NCBI GenBank assembly: GCA_044226625.1
Contig: JBGAGQ010000055.1
Coordinates: 1-45,788 of the forward strand
DNA from: Thermoanaerobaculia bacterium
GTDB lineage: Bacteria > Acidobacteriota > Thermoanaerobaculia > Multivoradales > UBA5704
Direction of reading: 5' to 3'
DNA length: 45,788 bases
Below the pieces are notes generated by a model. It had not been told where the DNA came from. It ran no database searches and worked only from the letters and a program-made list of their open reading frames with translations. The position numbers and the translations under genes were made by a program. Below are positions 37,777-45,788 of this stretch, in pieces (position 1 is the stretch's first letter; every line of letters starts with the position of its first letter).

Positions 37777-39573
37777 ATGATGAGCCGTCTCCGTCCTCTT
37801 TCCGCCGTTGCGATCGCCGCCGTCCTCTTCCTCCCGTCGGCAGGAGCGCGCGCCGCCGATACTCCGAGCGCCGCCGGGACGCCGATCGAAGCCTCGGGCT
37901 ACCAGCGCACTCCGACGCTCGACGAGACGGTCGCCTGGCTGCGCGAGCTGTCCGGCCGATTCCCGGAAATGAAGCTCACGACGTTCGGCCGTTCGGCCTC
38001 TGGGCGCGAGCTGCCGCTGGTGATCGTCTCGAAGGACCGTAACTTCGATCCACCGCGGCCCGGCGAGCGGCCGGCCCGGCCGATCGTGCTGATCCAGAGC
38101 GGCATCCACGCCGGAGAGATCGACGGCAAGGACGCGACGACGTTGCTGCTCGCCGACTGGGCCGCGGGCCGGCACCGCGCGCTGCTCGACGCCGCGACGA
38201 TCCTGTTCGTGCCGATCTACAACGCCGACGGCCACGAGCGGATCTCGCCGTTCAATCGCCCGAACCAGGACGGGCCGACGGAGGGGATGGGGTTCCGCAC
38301 CACCGCGCAGGGATTCGATTTGAACCGCGACCACGTGAAGCTCGCGAGCCCCGAGGCGCGCGCGCTGATCGCTCTCGTGAACATCTGGCGCCCACAGCTC
38401 CATGTCGACGTCCACGTCACCGACGGGGTGGACATGCCGGCGGTCTTTACCTGGACGGCCGTCGAGGCGCCGCAGCTCCCCGCGGCGGTCGACCGCTGGA
38501 TGAAGGCGCACGTCCCCGCTGCCGAAGCGGCGGTCCGGACCGCCGGATACGCGGCGGGCCCCTACGTCGATCTGCTCGACCGAACGGACGTCGCGAAGGG
38601 CTTCACCTCCTGGGTTGGCGGCGCCCGCTACTCGACCGGCTATTTCGCGCTCCGGAATCGCCCGTCGATCCTGATCGAGACCCACTCCTACAAGCCGTAC
38701 CGCGATCGCGTGCTCTCGGTCCGCGCCTTCCTGGCCCAACTGCTCGCCGAGGTCGGCAAGGATCCACGGGGCCTGATCGACGCCGTCGCCGAAGCCGAGG
38801 CGCACGAGGTGGCGATCGGCCGCCCGGGCGCGCCGGCATCCGATGTCGTGCTGGCCTGGGCGGAGAGCGACACCGGCGACCGAACCCGTTGGCCGGTCTA
38901 CGCCTCGCACGCGGAGACCTCCGCGGTCACCGGCAAACCGGTGACGTTGTTCGATCGGAACCGTACCGAGACGATCGAGGTGCCCTGGATCCACGCGTCC
39001 AAAGCCGAGCGCTCGGTCCCTCGGCCGCGCGCCTACGTCGTCCTCCCCGGCTGGCCGCAAATCGAAGAGCGCCTGGCGGCGCACGGGCTCCGCTTCTCCC
39101 GCCTCGCCGCGCCCCTCGAGATCGAGGTCGAGGTCTCCCGTCTCTCCGAGCCGAAATTCGCGATGTCGTCCTACCAGGGGCAGACCGCGGTCACCCAGGT
39201 CAAGGTCGAACGCCGCCGCGAGAACCGGAAGATCCCCGCAGCCTCCCTCTGGATTCCAGCCGACCAACCCGATTTCGAGGTCGCGGCGCAGCTGCTCGAA
39301 CCGGAAGCGCCCGATTCGCTCCTCTCTTGGGGCTACCTTTCGACGATCTTCGAGGGGAAGGAGTACATCGATCCGAAGGTCCTGGAGCCGTGGGTCCGCA
39401 AACGTCTCGAAGACCCCGGCGTCGCCAAAGATTGGGCGGAGAAATTGCGCAACGAAGCCTTCGCCGCCGATCCGCAGGCGCGCTATACGTGGTGGTACAA
39501 GCGCACGCCGTACTGGGACGAGACGATCGACCTCATGCCGGTGTTTCGGGTGATGGAGAAAGCGGGATCCTGA
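37777..39573 (+). CDS. Secreted M14 zinc carboxypeptidase
   Basis: Signal peptide; GIHAGE, NADG, DLNRD, DVH. Confidence 0.88.
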   Translation: MMSRLRPLSAVAIAAVLFLPSAGARAADTPSAAGTPIEASGYQRTPTLDETVAWLRELSGRFPEMKLTTFGRSASGRELPLVIVSKDRNFDPPRPGERPARPIVLIQSGIHAGEIDGKDATTLLLADWAAGRHRALLDAATILFVPIYNADGHERISPFNRPNQDGPTEGMGFRTTAQGFDLNRDHVKLASPEARALIALVNIWRPQLHVDVHVTDGVDMPAVFTWTAVEAPQLPAAVDRWMKAHVPAAEAAVRTAGYAAGPYVDLLDRTDVAKGFTSWVGGARYSTGYFALRNRPSILIETHSYKPYRDRVLSVRAFLAQLLAEVGKDPRGLIDAVAEAEAHEVAIGRPGAPASDVVLAWAESDTGDRTRWPVYASHAETSAVTGKPVTLFDRNRTETIEVPWIHASKAERSVPRPRAYVVLPGWPQIEERLAAHGLRFSRLAAPLEIEVEVSRLSEPKFAMSSYQGQTAVTQVKVERRRENRKIPAASLWIPADQPDFEVAAQLLEPEAPDSLLSWGYLSTIFEGKEYIDPKVLEPWVRKRLEDPGVAKDWAEKLRNEAFAADPQARYTWWYKRTPYWDETIDLMPVFRVMEKAGS

Positions 39574-40567
39574 CGTCGAGCACGTTGCCGAACTTCCGGT
39601 GCTCCCGGAGCACCGCGTCCACCTGCTCGATGCGTTGTTCCAGGGATCCGCTCACCCGAAAGAACGGCACGCGCCGTTCCGCGAGGTCGCCCACGATCTG
39701 GTTTTGAAACCATTTCCGCTTGCCGTCCCCGCTGCGGTCCCAAGTGTCGGCATAGGGCATGTCGGTGTCGCACAGGAAAAAGAGGTCGTACCGCTTTTCC
39801 GCCTCACGCGCCAAACGCGTCAGGACCGGGCCGGCCGTGCCGTGGTAGTCCTTCGCGAAGACGTAGGTCGTAATCGGGCAGGTGTCGCAGAAAAGGTATC
39901 TCCGGCTCTCGAGCACGAGCGCGTCCTCGCGGCGATTGTGCTCCGGGGCGATCTCCTCGAACTGCGGGAGCGAGATCCTCCGATCCACATGGTTCTGCCG
40001 CCAATACTCGGCCCCGTACTCCGGCATCCATTCCGTGCGGTGACGTTCCGCCATCGCTTGAGCGAGCGTCGTCTTGCCGGTGGAAGGCGCGCCCAGAAAA
40101 CAGACCTTGGTCACCAAATCCGCATAGACCGTCGGCGCGAGGAATGGGCGCCCCGCGAACGGGTCCGCCCGAAGGGCGCTGCCGCTGATCGGCACGGCCG
40201 AGCGTTCCGGATCCACCCTGCGATCCACAGCGCCGAGGGCACGGCTCACGTGGTCGCCGTAGAACTCGCTCGAATAGAAATGGGTGATGGGGAGCCCGTT
40301 CAGCTTCGCGAGGATGTAGTCCTCTTGCTCCCGGCGGATCTCCGGCGTGTCGCCATACCCTTCGGGACCGTCCCAGGCCTCGATCACGCGGACCATGGGA
40401 TAGAGCGTTCGGATCCATCCCGCGCGCACCTGCAACGGGACCTCGATCACGTCGGTGTCGTAGACCAGGACGACCATCTCGTCGACCTCCGCTAACGCGG
40501 TCTCGACGAGCCTTTGGTGTCCGAGGTGAAACGGCGCGAATTTGCCGAGGGTCAGGCCCCGTCGCAT
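39533..40567 (-). CDS. nadR: NadR-type NMN adenylyltransferase / ribosylnicotinamide kinase (no HTH)
   Basis: GKFAPFHLGH (HxGH), SSEFYG, PISGS..R, GAPSTGKT, EYG, FCDT. Confidence 0.88.
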   Translation of the reverse strand: MRRGLTLGKFAPFHLGHQRLVETALAEVDEMVVLVYDTDVIEVPLQVRAGWIRTLYPMVRVIEAWDGPEGYGDTPEIRREQEDYILAKLNGLPITHFYSSEFYGDHVSRALGAVDRRVDPERSAVPISGSALRADPFAGRPFLAPTVYADLVTKVCFLGAPSTGKTTLAQAMAERHRTEWMPEYGAEYWRQNHVDRRISLPQFEEIAPEHNRREDALVLESRRYLFCDTCPITTYVFAKDYHGTAGPVLTRLAREAEKRYDLFFLCDTDMPYADTWDRSGDGKRKWFQNQIVGDLAERRVPFFRVSGSLEQRIEQVDAVLREHRKFGNVLDVRIPLSPSPETPA

Positions 40568-41307
40568 GCCGCCGCTCCGACGCCTCGATCTTCGGTCGCT
40601 TCGGCCAGCCTTTCGGACGCCGCCCGTTTCGCTCCCACGTGCCAGCGCCAGGTTCCGAAGATCGCATTCAGCAGGAACAGCGACCACATCAGCACCATCA
40701 TGTCGCCTGCATCCCCTCCGGCCATCCAGCGCAAGGCCCACATGACCACGGTGACCGCATTGAGAATGATGTAGAGCGGCCACTGCTCCATGTAGCGCCA
40801 CATCATCAGGAACGTCGCGACGACGGAGAGCACGTTCGTGGAGGCGTCGATGAACGGAGTGTTCTGGTTCGGGTTGAGCCGCAGCAGCATCCCGAGGCCG
40901 ATCGTGCCGAGGACGCAGACCGCCGCCAAGGCCAACCGGGGCAGCCAGGTCAATCGCCTCATCGCGACCGTTTGGTCCCGGGTCGTGTGCCGCTGCCACA
41001 TCAGATAGCCGATGACTCCCGTGGGCACGAAGAAGAGCAGGTTCAGGTAGACCTCGCCGAACAGGCCGTTGCTGTAGGCCAGGACAGAATAGGCGAGGCT
41101 GTTGTAGAGGCCGAGCAAGTAGCCTTCGCGCCGGCCGACGGCCGTCAACCCGACGCAGAGGATGCCGGACAAAAAGACGGTGAAATCGAAAACCCGCGCC
41201 GCGAGAAAGAGGCTGATCGCGCTCCCCACGACGACGAGAAGGGCGAGCCAGGCCAAGTCATACCTGTGGTCGTCGGCGGCGGGCTTATTCGACGGGGACG
41301 AACACAT
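40552..41307 (-). CDS. pnuC: Nicotinamide riboside transporter
   Basis: About 7 TM segments, GYLMW, PFIDA, EQW; overlaps the nadR start. Confidence 0.85.
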   Translation of the reverse strand: MCSSPSNKPAADDHRYDLAWLALLVVVGSAISLFLAARVFDFTVFLSGILCVGLTAVGRREGYLLGLYNSLAYSVLAYSNGLFGEVYLNLLFFVPTGVIGYLMWQRHTTRDQTVAMRRLTWLPRLALAAVCVLGTIGLGMLLRLNPNQNTPFIDASTNVLSVVATFLMMWRYMEQWPLYIILNAVTVVMWALRWMAGGDAGDMMVLMWSLFLLNAIFGTWRWHVGAKRAASERLAEATEDRGVGAAACDGA

Positions 41308-41345
41308 CGGTCAAAGCCCGGGCCGCTACCTCGGCGTAAAGTCGC

Positions 41346-41717
41346 TCAAAGATCGGCCTTCCCGATCATCAAGAGATAAGGAGTCTCGCGATCCTCGTGG
41401 GCATAGGCGACCCACAGGCGGCCCCGGTCGGTCTCCCACCAGGAGGCCCCCCCCACTCCGCCGAGAGGAACCCAATCCACCTCATCTGCATCGTCCGTCG
41501 ACGATTCCGGTCCGAAGGTTTGAGAGAGCTCCTCGGTTACGCTCCTCCATGCTTCTTGGAACTCACCTTCCAGTCGCTCCTGGAGCGTCTCATCGTGGGC
41601 TTCCACATCGTCCTCGAACTGATAGAGCCAAAGTGGTTCCATCGCTTCGTCCGATGCCGACAGGCATCGATTCGCAAGCTCCACCGCCTGCTGGCGGTTC
41701 TCGGCGTACTCGTACAT
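41346..41717 (-). CDS. Acidic hypothetical protein
   Basis: Plausible globular ORF with SD GGGAGA; no recognised motif. Confidence 0.5.
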   Translation of the reverse strand: MYEYAENRQQAVELANRCLSASDEAMEPLWLYQFEDDVEAHDETLQERLEGEFQEAWRSVTEELSQTFGPESSTDDADEVDWVPLGGVGGASWWETDRGRLWVAYAHEDRETPYLLMIGKADL

Positions 41718-41761
41718 AGGTCTTGATCTCCCCTTCGTCTGTACCGAACCCAAGCGCCCTA

Positions 41762-42109
41762 CTATTTCGGAACATGCCGCGGAAGATCCATGGCATCGTG
41801 GAGCAACCGCAGAACCTCGAGAACACGAGCTGATTCGTCGATGACCCGGAACATGACCAGGTGGCGGCCCTTTCGGCCGTTTCGCGAAACGTGTAGGGAC
41901 AGCAGACCGGACGCAATCTCGTCCCGGTTCTTGGCTCCAAGGAGATTTGGACCAGCACCTAGCTCCCTGAGCGCCAACATCAAGGTCTCAGCATAAACAA
42001 GAGCCTGCCGGTCCCCGAAACGGTTTGCAGACCAAAGGACGGCCTCCCGGAAGTCACTCTCCGCACTTTCCGTGATGCGTACCGTCCAGAGCGAGCCGCT
42101 CGCCGTCAT
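41762..42109 (-). CDS. parE: ParE/RelE-family toxin
   Basis: ITESAESDF..WSANRFG..QA..Y, RHLVMFR, EVLRLLHDAMDL; ATGA overlap with the antitoxin. Confidence 0.85.
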   Translation of the reverse strand: MTASGSLWTVRITESAESDFREAVLWSANRFGDRQALVYAETLMLALRELGAGPNLLGAKNRDEIASGLLSLHVSRNGRKGRHLVMFRVIDESARVLEVLRLLHDAMDLPRHVPK

Positions 42110-42405
42110 TTCCCGCGTTGCGGCCCACCGGGGGCAAAGATCTCGTCAACAAGAGCCTGGAGATGCTCCCGAAGAACCAAATCCGATTCGAAAGTCTTGA
42201 ACCGGCCAGCTTCGGAGTCGGCGAATCCAACCCCCACAGCTTCCCGAAGCGCGACCAAGCGCGCCTGGTTCTCGGATTCCTCTCGCTCGACGAGTCGGAG
42301 TCCATCCCGTAAGACTTCACTGGCATTCTGGTAGCGACCCGACGAGACGAGTCGGTCCACCAAATCGGCTTGATGAGTCGTAAGCACCACATTTCTCGTT
42401 GGCAT
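42106..42405 (-). CDS. parD: ParD-family RHH antitoxin
   Basis: MPTRNVVLT..Q...V..LVSSGRYQNASEVLRDGLRL. Confidence 0.9.
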   Translation of the reverse strand: MPTRNVVLTTHQADLVDRLVSSGRYQNASEVLRDGLRLVEREESENQARLVALREAVGVGFADSEAGRFKTFESDLVLREHLQALVDEIFAPGGPQRGK

Positions 42406-42420
42406 CGCATCGATCTCCAA

Positions 42421-42435
42421 TGGCATATTATGCCA
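42421..42435. promoter_or_regulatory. Palindromic operator upstream of parDE
   Basis: TGGCATA-T-TATGCCA is a perfect inverted repeat 15 bp upstream of the parD start and contains CATAAT on the minus strand. Confidence 0.65.
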
Positions 42436-42534
42436 CCGACGGTCTACTCCTGCTTTCTGCTCCCGCCTCCTAGAGATCAGATCGATGCCGCTTGGTAGGG
42501 CAACTTCCGCCCCGCTTTCCGATTCGCGCTCGCG

Positions 42535-42687
42535 GAGACGGAGCCATGGGCCAGCGAGTCGGTCTCGAGAAGCGGGAGACGGTCTTACGGAGCCGGAGAC
42601 GATCTCAGAAGGCGGGAGACGCTCTCGCCGAAGCAGCAGACGGTCTCCGGACCGCGGAGACCGTCTGATAGGACCGGGCTCCGTCTC
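42535..42687. repeat. Array of eight 11-bp GAGACNGTCTC-like units at 20-21 bp spacing
   Basis: Units start at 42535, 42556, 42576, 42596, 42616, 42637, 42657 and 42677. The first (GAGACGGAGCC) and last (GGCTCCGTCTC) are exact reverse complements. Confidence 0.8.
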
Positions 42688-42732
42688 AGGATTTTGAAAT
42701 TCGGTGGGAGATCCTGGAATAACTCGGCGAGA

Positions 42733-42749
42733 TAGTTGTTATCAGCAAC
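42733..42749 (+). promoter_or_regulatory. Candidate MarR operator (copy 1)
   Basis: TAGTTGTTATCAGCAAC (GTTG-N7-CAAC) abuts the marR start and is 15/17 identical to the copy at 43506. Confidence 0.7.
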
Positions 42750-42750
42750 C

Positions 42751-43254
42751 ATGATGGACACGACCACCTCCCTGAGCGACCCGGATGCCACCCTTGCCCG
42801 CGACGCGGTGGAGGTGCAGCGTGCGCTGTCCGACCTGGTTCGGATCGTCCAGTTCCGCGACAGGGACCGGATTTGCTGCCACGACGTCTCGGTCACCCAA
42901 TGCACGGCGCTCGAGGAGATGATCCGCCGCGGGCCGCTGACGCTGAACGAGCTGGCCGAGGCGCTCTATCTCGACAAGAGCACCGCGAGCCGGGTCGTCG
43001 ATGGGCTCGAGCGGAAGGGATACGCGCGCCGTGCGCCGCATCCCGACGACCGGCGCGCGGTGCTGCTCACGGCGACCCCGGAAGGCAAGGCGCTCCGGGA
43101 GACGATCGAGGGCGAGCTGCTCGCCGAAACCCAGACCCTGCTCCTCGACGTCGAGCCGGAGGTGCGCCGCTCGATCGCGCTGCTCCTCGGCCGGCTCGCG
43201 CGCGCCGCGTCCCGACGAATCTCCTGCGGCCCCGGTGGCTGCTCGACTTGCTGA
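42751..43254 (+). CDS. Cys-rich MarR-family regulator, probably arsenic-responsive
   Basis: RICCHDVSVTQC, LNELAE.L.LDKSTASRVVDGLERKG, PDDRRAV.L.AT.EG; C-terminal CGPGGCSTC; adjacent to arsM. Confidence 0.85.
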   Translation: MMDTTTSLSDPDATLARDAVEVQRALSDLVRIVQFRDRDRICCHDVSVTQCTALEEMIRRGPLTLNELAEALYLDKSTASRVVDGLERKGYARRAPHPDDRRAVLLTATPEGKALRETIEGELLAETQTLLLDVEPEVRRSIALLLGRLARAASRRISCGPGGCSTC

Positions 43255-43505
43255 GGAACGCAACGTGAACGTCCCAATCCCGGTCCCAGCCTGTGCCCTG
43301 CCGATTGGAAAGGGTGGAGCCTCGCTCCGCTCCAGGGCCGGAGCTCCGCAGGGCTCGTTCACGGCCCGCCGCCCGACCTCCATTCCCGCCTCTCCACCTC
43401 TCACCGTCCACGCTGACATCCGAACCCCTCGTCGCGCCGACGTCGCGGCGTTCCGCTAGAACGCCGTCCTGAAGATTCGTGCCGCGAGGAACCTTTACGA
43501 CCCAT

Positions 43506-43522
43506 TAGTTGTCATCACCAAC
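43506..43522 (+). promoter_or_regulatory. Candidate MarR operator (copy 2) upstream of arsM
   Basis: TAGTTGTCATCACCAAC, 22 nt before the arsM ATG. Confidence 0.7.
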
Positions 43523-43544
43523 AAACACCTTGAAAGGAAACGCC

Positions 43545-44471
43545 ATGTCCGAACTGCAGACCGCTCCCACCGAATCTTCCGCCGCCCCCTGCTGTGGCCC
43601 GACCTGCTGCTCGACGACGGCGGCCGGCGCCGGCGAGGGCAAGGGCTTCGATCCCGCCGCGATCCAGGCGGCGGTGCGCGAAAAGTACGACTCCGTGGCC
43701 CGCGCGGTGGCCGCGGGAAAGACCGGCGCGAGCGCGGTCTCCTGCTGCGCCACGACGGGATGCGACCCGATCACGACCGATCTCTATTCGCAGGCTGAGA
43801 CGCTCGGCCTGCCGGCCGACGCCGTGCTCGCTTCACTCGGCTGCGGCAACCCGACCGCGCTCGCCGAGCTCTCGGCCGGCGAGACGGTGCTCGATCTCGG
43901 CTCGGGCGGCGGGATCGACGTCCTCCTCTCGGCGCGCCGGGTCGGCCCGACCGGTAAGGCGTATGGCCTCGATCAGAGCGAGGAGATGCTCACCCTCGCG
44001 CTCTCGAACAAGGCGGCGGCCGGCGCCACGAACGTCGAGTTCCTTCGCGGCTCGATCGAAAGCGTGCCGCTGCCGCGCGCCACGGTCGACGTCGTGATCT
44101 CGAACTGCGTGATCAACCTGGCGAACGACAAGCGCCAAGCGTTCGCCGAGGCCTTCCGCGTGCTGAAGCCGGGCGGCCGTCTTGCGATCTCGGACATCGT
44201 CTTCCTCCAGCCCATCCCCGACTCGTGGAAGCGGAGCGTCGCGCTCTGGACCGGCTGCGTCGCCGGAGCGCTCCAGAAGGACGAGGCGGAGGCGATCCTC
44301 GCCGAGATCGGTTTCGAGGAGATCGACATCACGCCGACGCGCGTCTACCGCGCCGAGGACGCGAAGGGTTTCCTCTCCGAAGACCAGCTCGTGCATCTCG
44401 GCGGCAAGCTCGACGCGATCGACGGCCGCGTGGCCGCCGCGTTCGTGAGGGCGAAGAAGCCGGCGGCTTAA
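43545..44471 (+). CDS. arsM: Arsenite S-adenosylmethionine methyltransferase
   Basis: [44 protein letters not shown]; extra N-terminal CCGPTCC. Confidence 0.93.
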   Translation: MSELQTAPTESSAAPCCGPTCCSTTAAGAGEGKGFDPAAIQAAVREKYDSVARAVAAGKTGASAVSCCATTGCDPITTDLYSQAETLGLPADAVLASLGCGNPTALAELSAGETVLDLGSGGGIDVLLSARRVGPTGKAYGLDQSEEMLTLALSNKAAAGATNVEFLRGSIESVPLPRATVDVVISNCVINLANDKRQAFAEAFRVLKPGGRLAISDIVFLQPIPDSWKRSVALWTGCVAGALQKDEAEAILAEIGFEEIDITPTRVYRAEDAKGFLSEDQLVHLGGKLDAIDGRVAAAFVRAKKPAA

Positions 44472-44529
44472 GCTCCGGCCCCTTGGAGTCATCTAGCGGC
44501 GCTCGGCCTCAGCGGCCGGGCGCCGAAGA

Positions 44530-44967
44530 TCACGCCTCGGCGTTTGGCAGGCGTTCGAGAAAATCCCCGATCCGCGCTTCGAGATCCTCGGCCACCCGCA
44601 GGAACGCGCCGAGGCGTTCCTCTTCGCTCCCGGTGACCGCGGATGGATCGGGGAGGCTCCAATGGATGCGCACCGGAGCGCCGGGAAAGATCGGACACGT
44701 TTCGCTCGCGTGATCGCAGACGGTGATCACGTAATCGAACGTCCGGTCCATCAGCTCGTCCATGTGCTTCGAGCGGCCTCCGGCGTGATCGATCCCGCGA
44801 CGCGCCATCGCTTCGATCGCCAGGGGATGAACCCGGGAGGGCTGCGACCCCGCGCTCTCGACGTCCACGGTGCCGCCGCTCAAGTGACGGAACAGCGCCT
44901 CGCCCATCTGGGAGCGGGCGCTGTTGTGGGTGCAGAGGACGAGGATGGAAGGGCGCGGATGATCCAT
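44530..44967 (-). CDS. arsC: Thioredoxin-type arsenate reductase (LMW-PTP fold)
   Basis: LCTHNSARSQM (CX5R), SAG, VITVCDHASETCP.FPG (two resolving Cys), HW.LPDP. Confidence 0.88.
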   Translation of the reverse strand: MDHPRPSILVLCTHNSARSQMGEALFRHLSGGTVDVESAGSQPSRVHPLAIEAMARRGIDHAGGRSKHMDELMDRTFDYVITVCDHASETCPIFPGAPVRIHWSLPDPSAVTGSEEERLGAFLRVAEDLEARIGDFLERLPNAEA

Positions 44968-44981
44968 GAAGAGTTTCTCCC

Positions 44982-45788
44982 CTACTCGTACCGCAAAGCT
45001 TCGATGGGATCCTGCCGAGCGGCTTTGAGGGCGGGCCACAGCCCCGCGACGAGGCCGACGGTCGTGGAGACGCCGAAGCCGAGGAGGATCGACCAGAGCG
45101 GCGCCGCGGCTTGGAAATCGAAGGCCACGCGGGCGAGCAGCGCGACGCCAATGCCGATGCCTATCCCGATCGCCCCGCCCAGACCCGTGAGCGTCACGGC
45201 CTCGGAAAGGAACTGGATCGCGATGTCGCGGCGGGTGCCGCCGAGCGCCTTGCGTAGGCCGATCTCGCGCGTGCGTTGGGTGACGTTCACCAGCATGATG
45301 TTCATCACGCCCACTCCCCCCACGACCAGGGCGATTGCGGCGATCAGGATCATCACCGCGGCGATTCCCCCGGTGATCTGGCGGAAGTTCTTGAGCTGGC
45401 CGACGCTCGTGAAGGTCGCAAAATCGTTCGGCTGGTTTGGGCGCAGCTGGCGCCGGGCGCGCAGGATGGCCGTCTCCTGCTCGATCAGGGCGTTCACGTC
45501 CTCGGGCCGGTGCGGCACGGTCGCGATGTGGAGCGAGTCGCCGTCGCCGTTCTTGACGTCGGGGAACATCTCGTCGAAGGCGGAAATCGGGACGAGGATC
45601 AGATTGTTTGCTCCGCCGCCCAGGAACGTGCCTTTCTTCTCGAGCACGCCGATGATCTGGAAGGTCCAGGCGGAGATCCGGAGACTCCGGCCGATCGGAT
45701 CCTGCTGGGGAAAGAGCGCCTCGACCACGTCGGGGGCGACGACCGCGAGGTGGGAGCCGTGGCGGACGTCCGCGTCGGTCAGGAACCG
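44982..45788 (-). CDS. MacB/FtsX-type ABC permease, 5' end outside the window
   Basis: VGGVGVMNIMLVNVTQRTREIGLRKALG, QFLSEA, PALKAARQDPIEALRYE. Confidence 0.92.
   Translation of the reverse strand, partial: RFLTDADVRHGSHLAVVAPDVVEALFPQQDPIGRSLRISAWTFQIIGVLEKKGTFLGGGANNLILVPISAFDEMFPDVKNGDGDSLHIATVPHRPEDVNALIEQETAILRARRQLRPNQPNDFATFTSVGQLKNFRQITGGIAAVMILIAAIALVVGGVGVMNIMLVNVTQRTREIGLRKALGGTRRDIAIQFLSEAVTLTGLGGAIGIGIGIGVALLARVAFDFQAAAPLWSILLGFGVSTTVGLVAGLWPALKAARQDPIEALRYE

Noticed and set aside
42535-42687. CRISPR array interpretation of the 20-bp periodic repeats
   Set aside because: Repeats are 11 bp and degenerate, spacers are only 9-10 bp, and there are no cas genes.
43260-43500. Possible small gene or structured element between marR and arsM
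   Set aside because: Only weak pairing (GGTGGAG/CTCCACC) and no convincing ORF, so it cannot be supported.

Overview
High-GC bacterial window. The lineage is inferred to be Acidobacteriota/Thermoanaerobaculia-like from the style of the secreted proteins; this is not proven. About 1-13 kb is an accessory conflict/defence island. It contains the 5' end of a group II intron inserted antisense into a CHAT protease gene, then a second CHAT protease, a 1357-aa degenerate P-loop/helical-repeat/degenerate vWA/FGE-like protein and a TRAFAC-type GTPase. These converge on a four-gene TerY-P-like operon (vWA, PP2C, kinase with Ig-like tail, DUF4407-like membrane coiled-coil), followed by decayed IS630 and IS110 elements. 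The IS110 left end may still carry a bridge-RNA region. The rest is mostly metal and cofactor housekeeping: modE-porin-modABC with a ModE box, mgtE, mntH-USP with an operator-like palindrome, an fkbK-J-I-H cassette with no PKS in the window, Cys/His-rich secreted proteins, hicAB, thiC, LysM-FecR, a membrane Ser/Thr kinase, an M14 peptidase, pnuC-nadR, parDE and marR-arsM-arsC. Non-coding highlights are an array of eight 11-bp palindromes at 20-21 bp spacing, a shared marR/arsM operator, a MITE-like hairpin whose end is the mgtE stop codon, and several apparently leaderless genes. All family calls come from motif recognition by eye, not from database searches.
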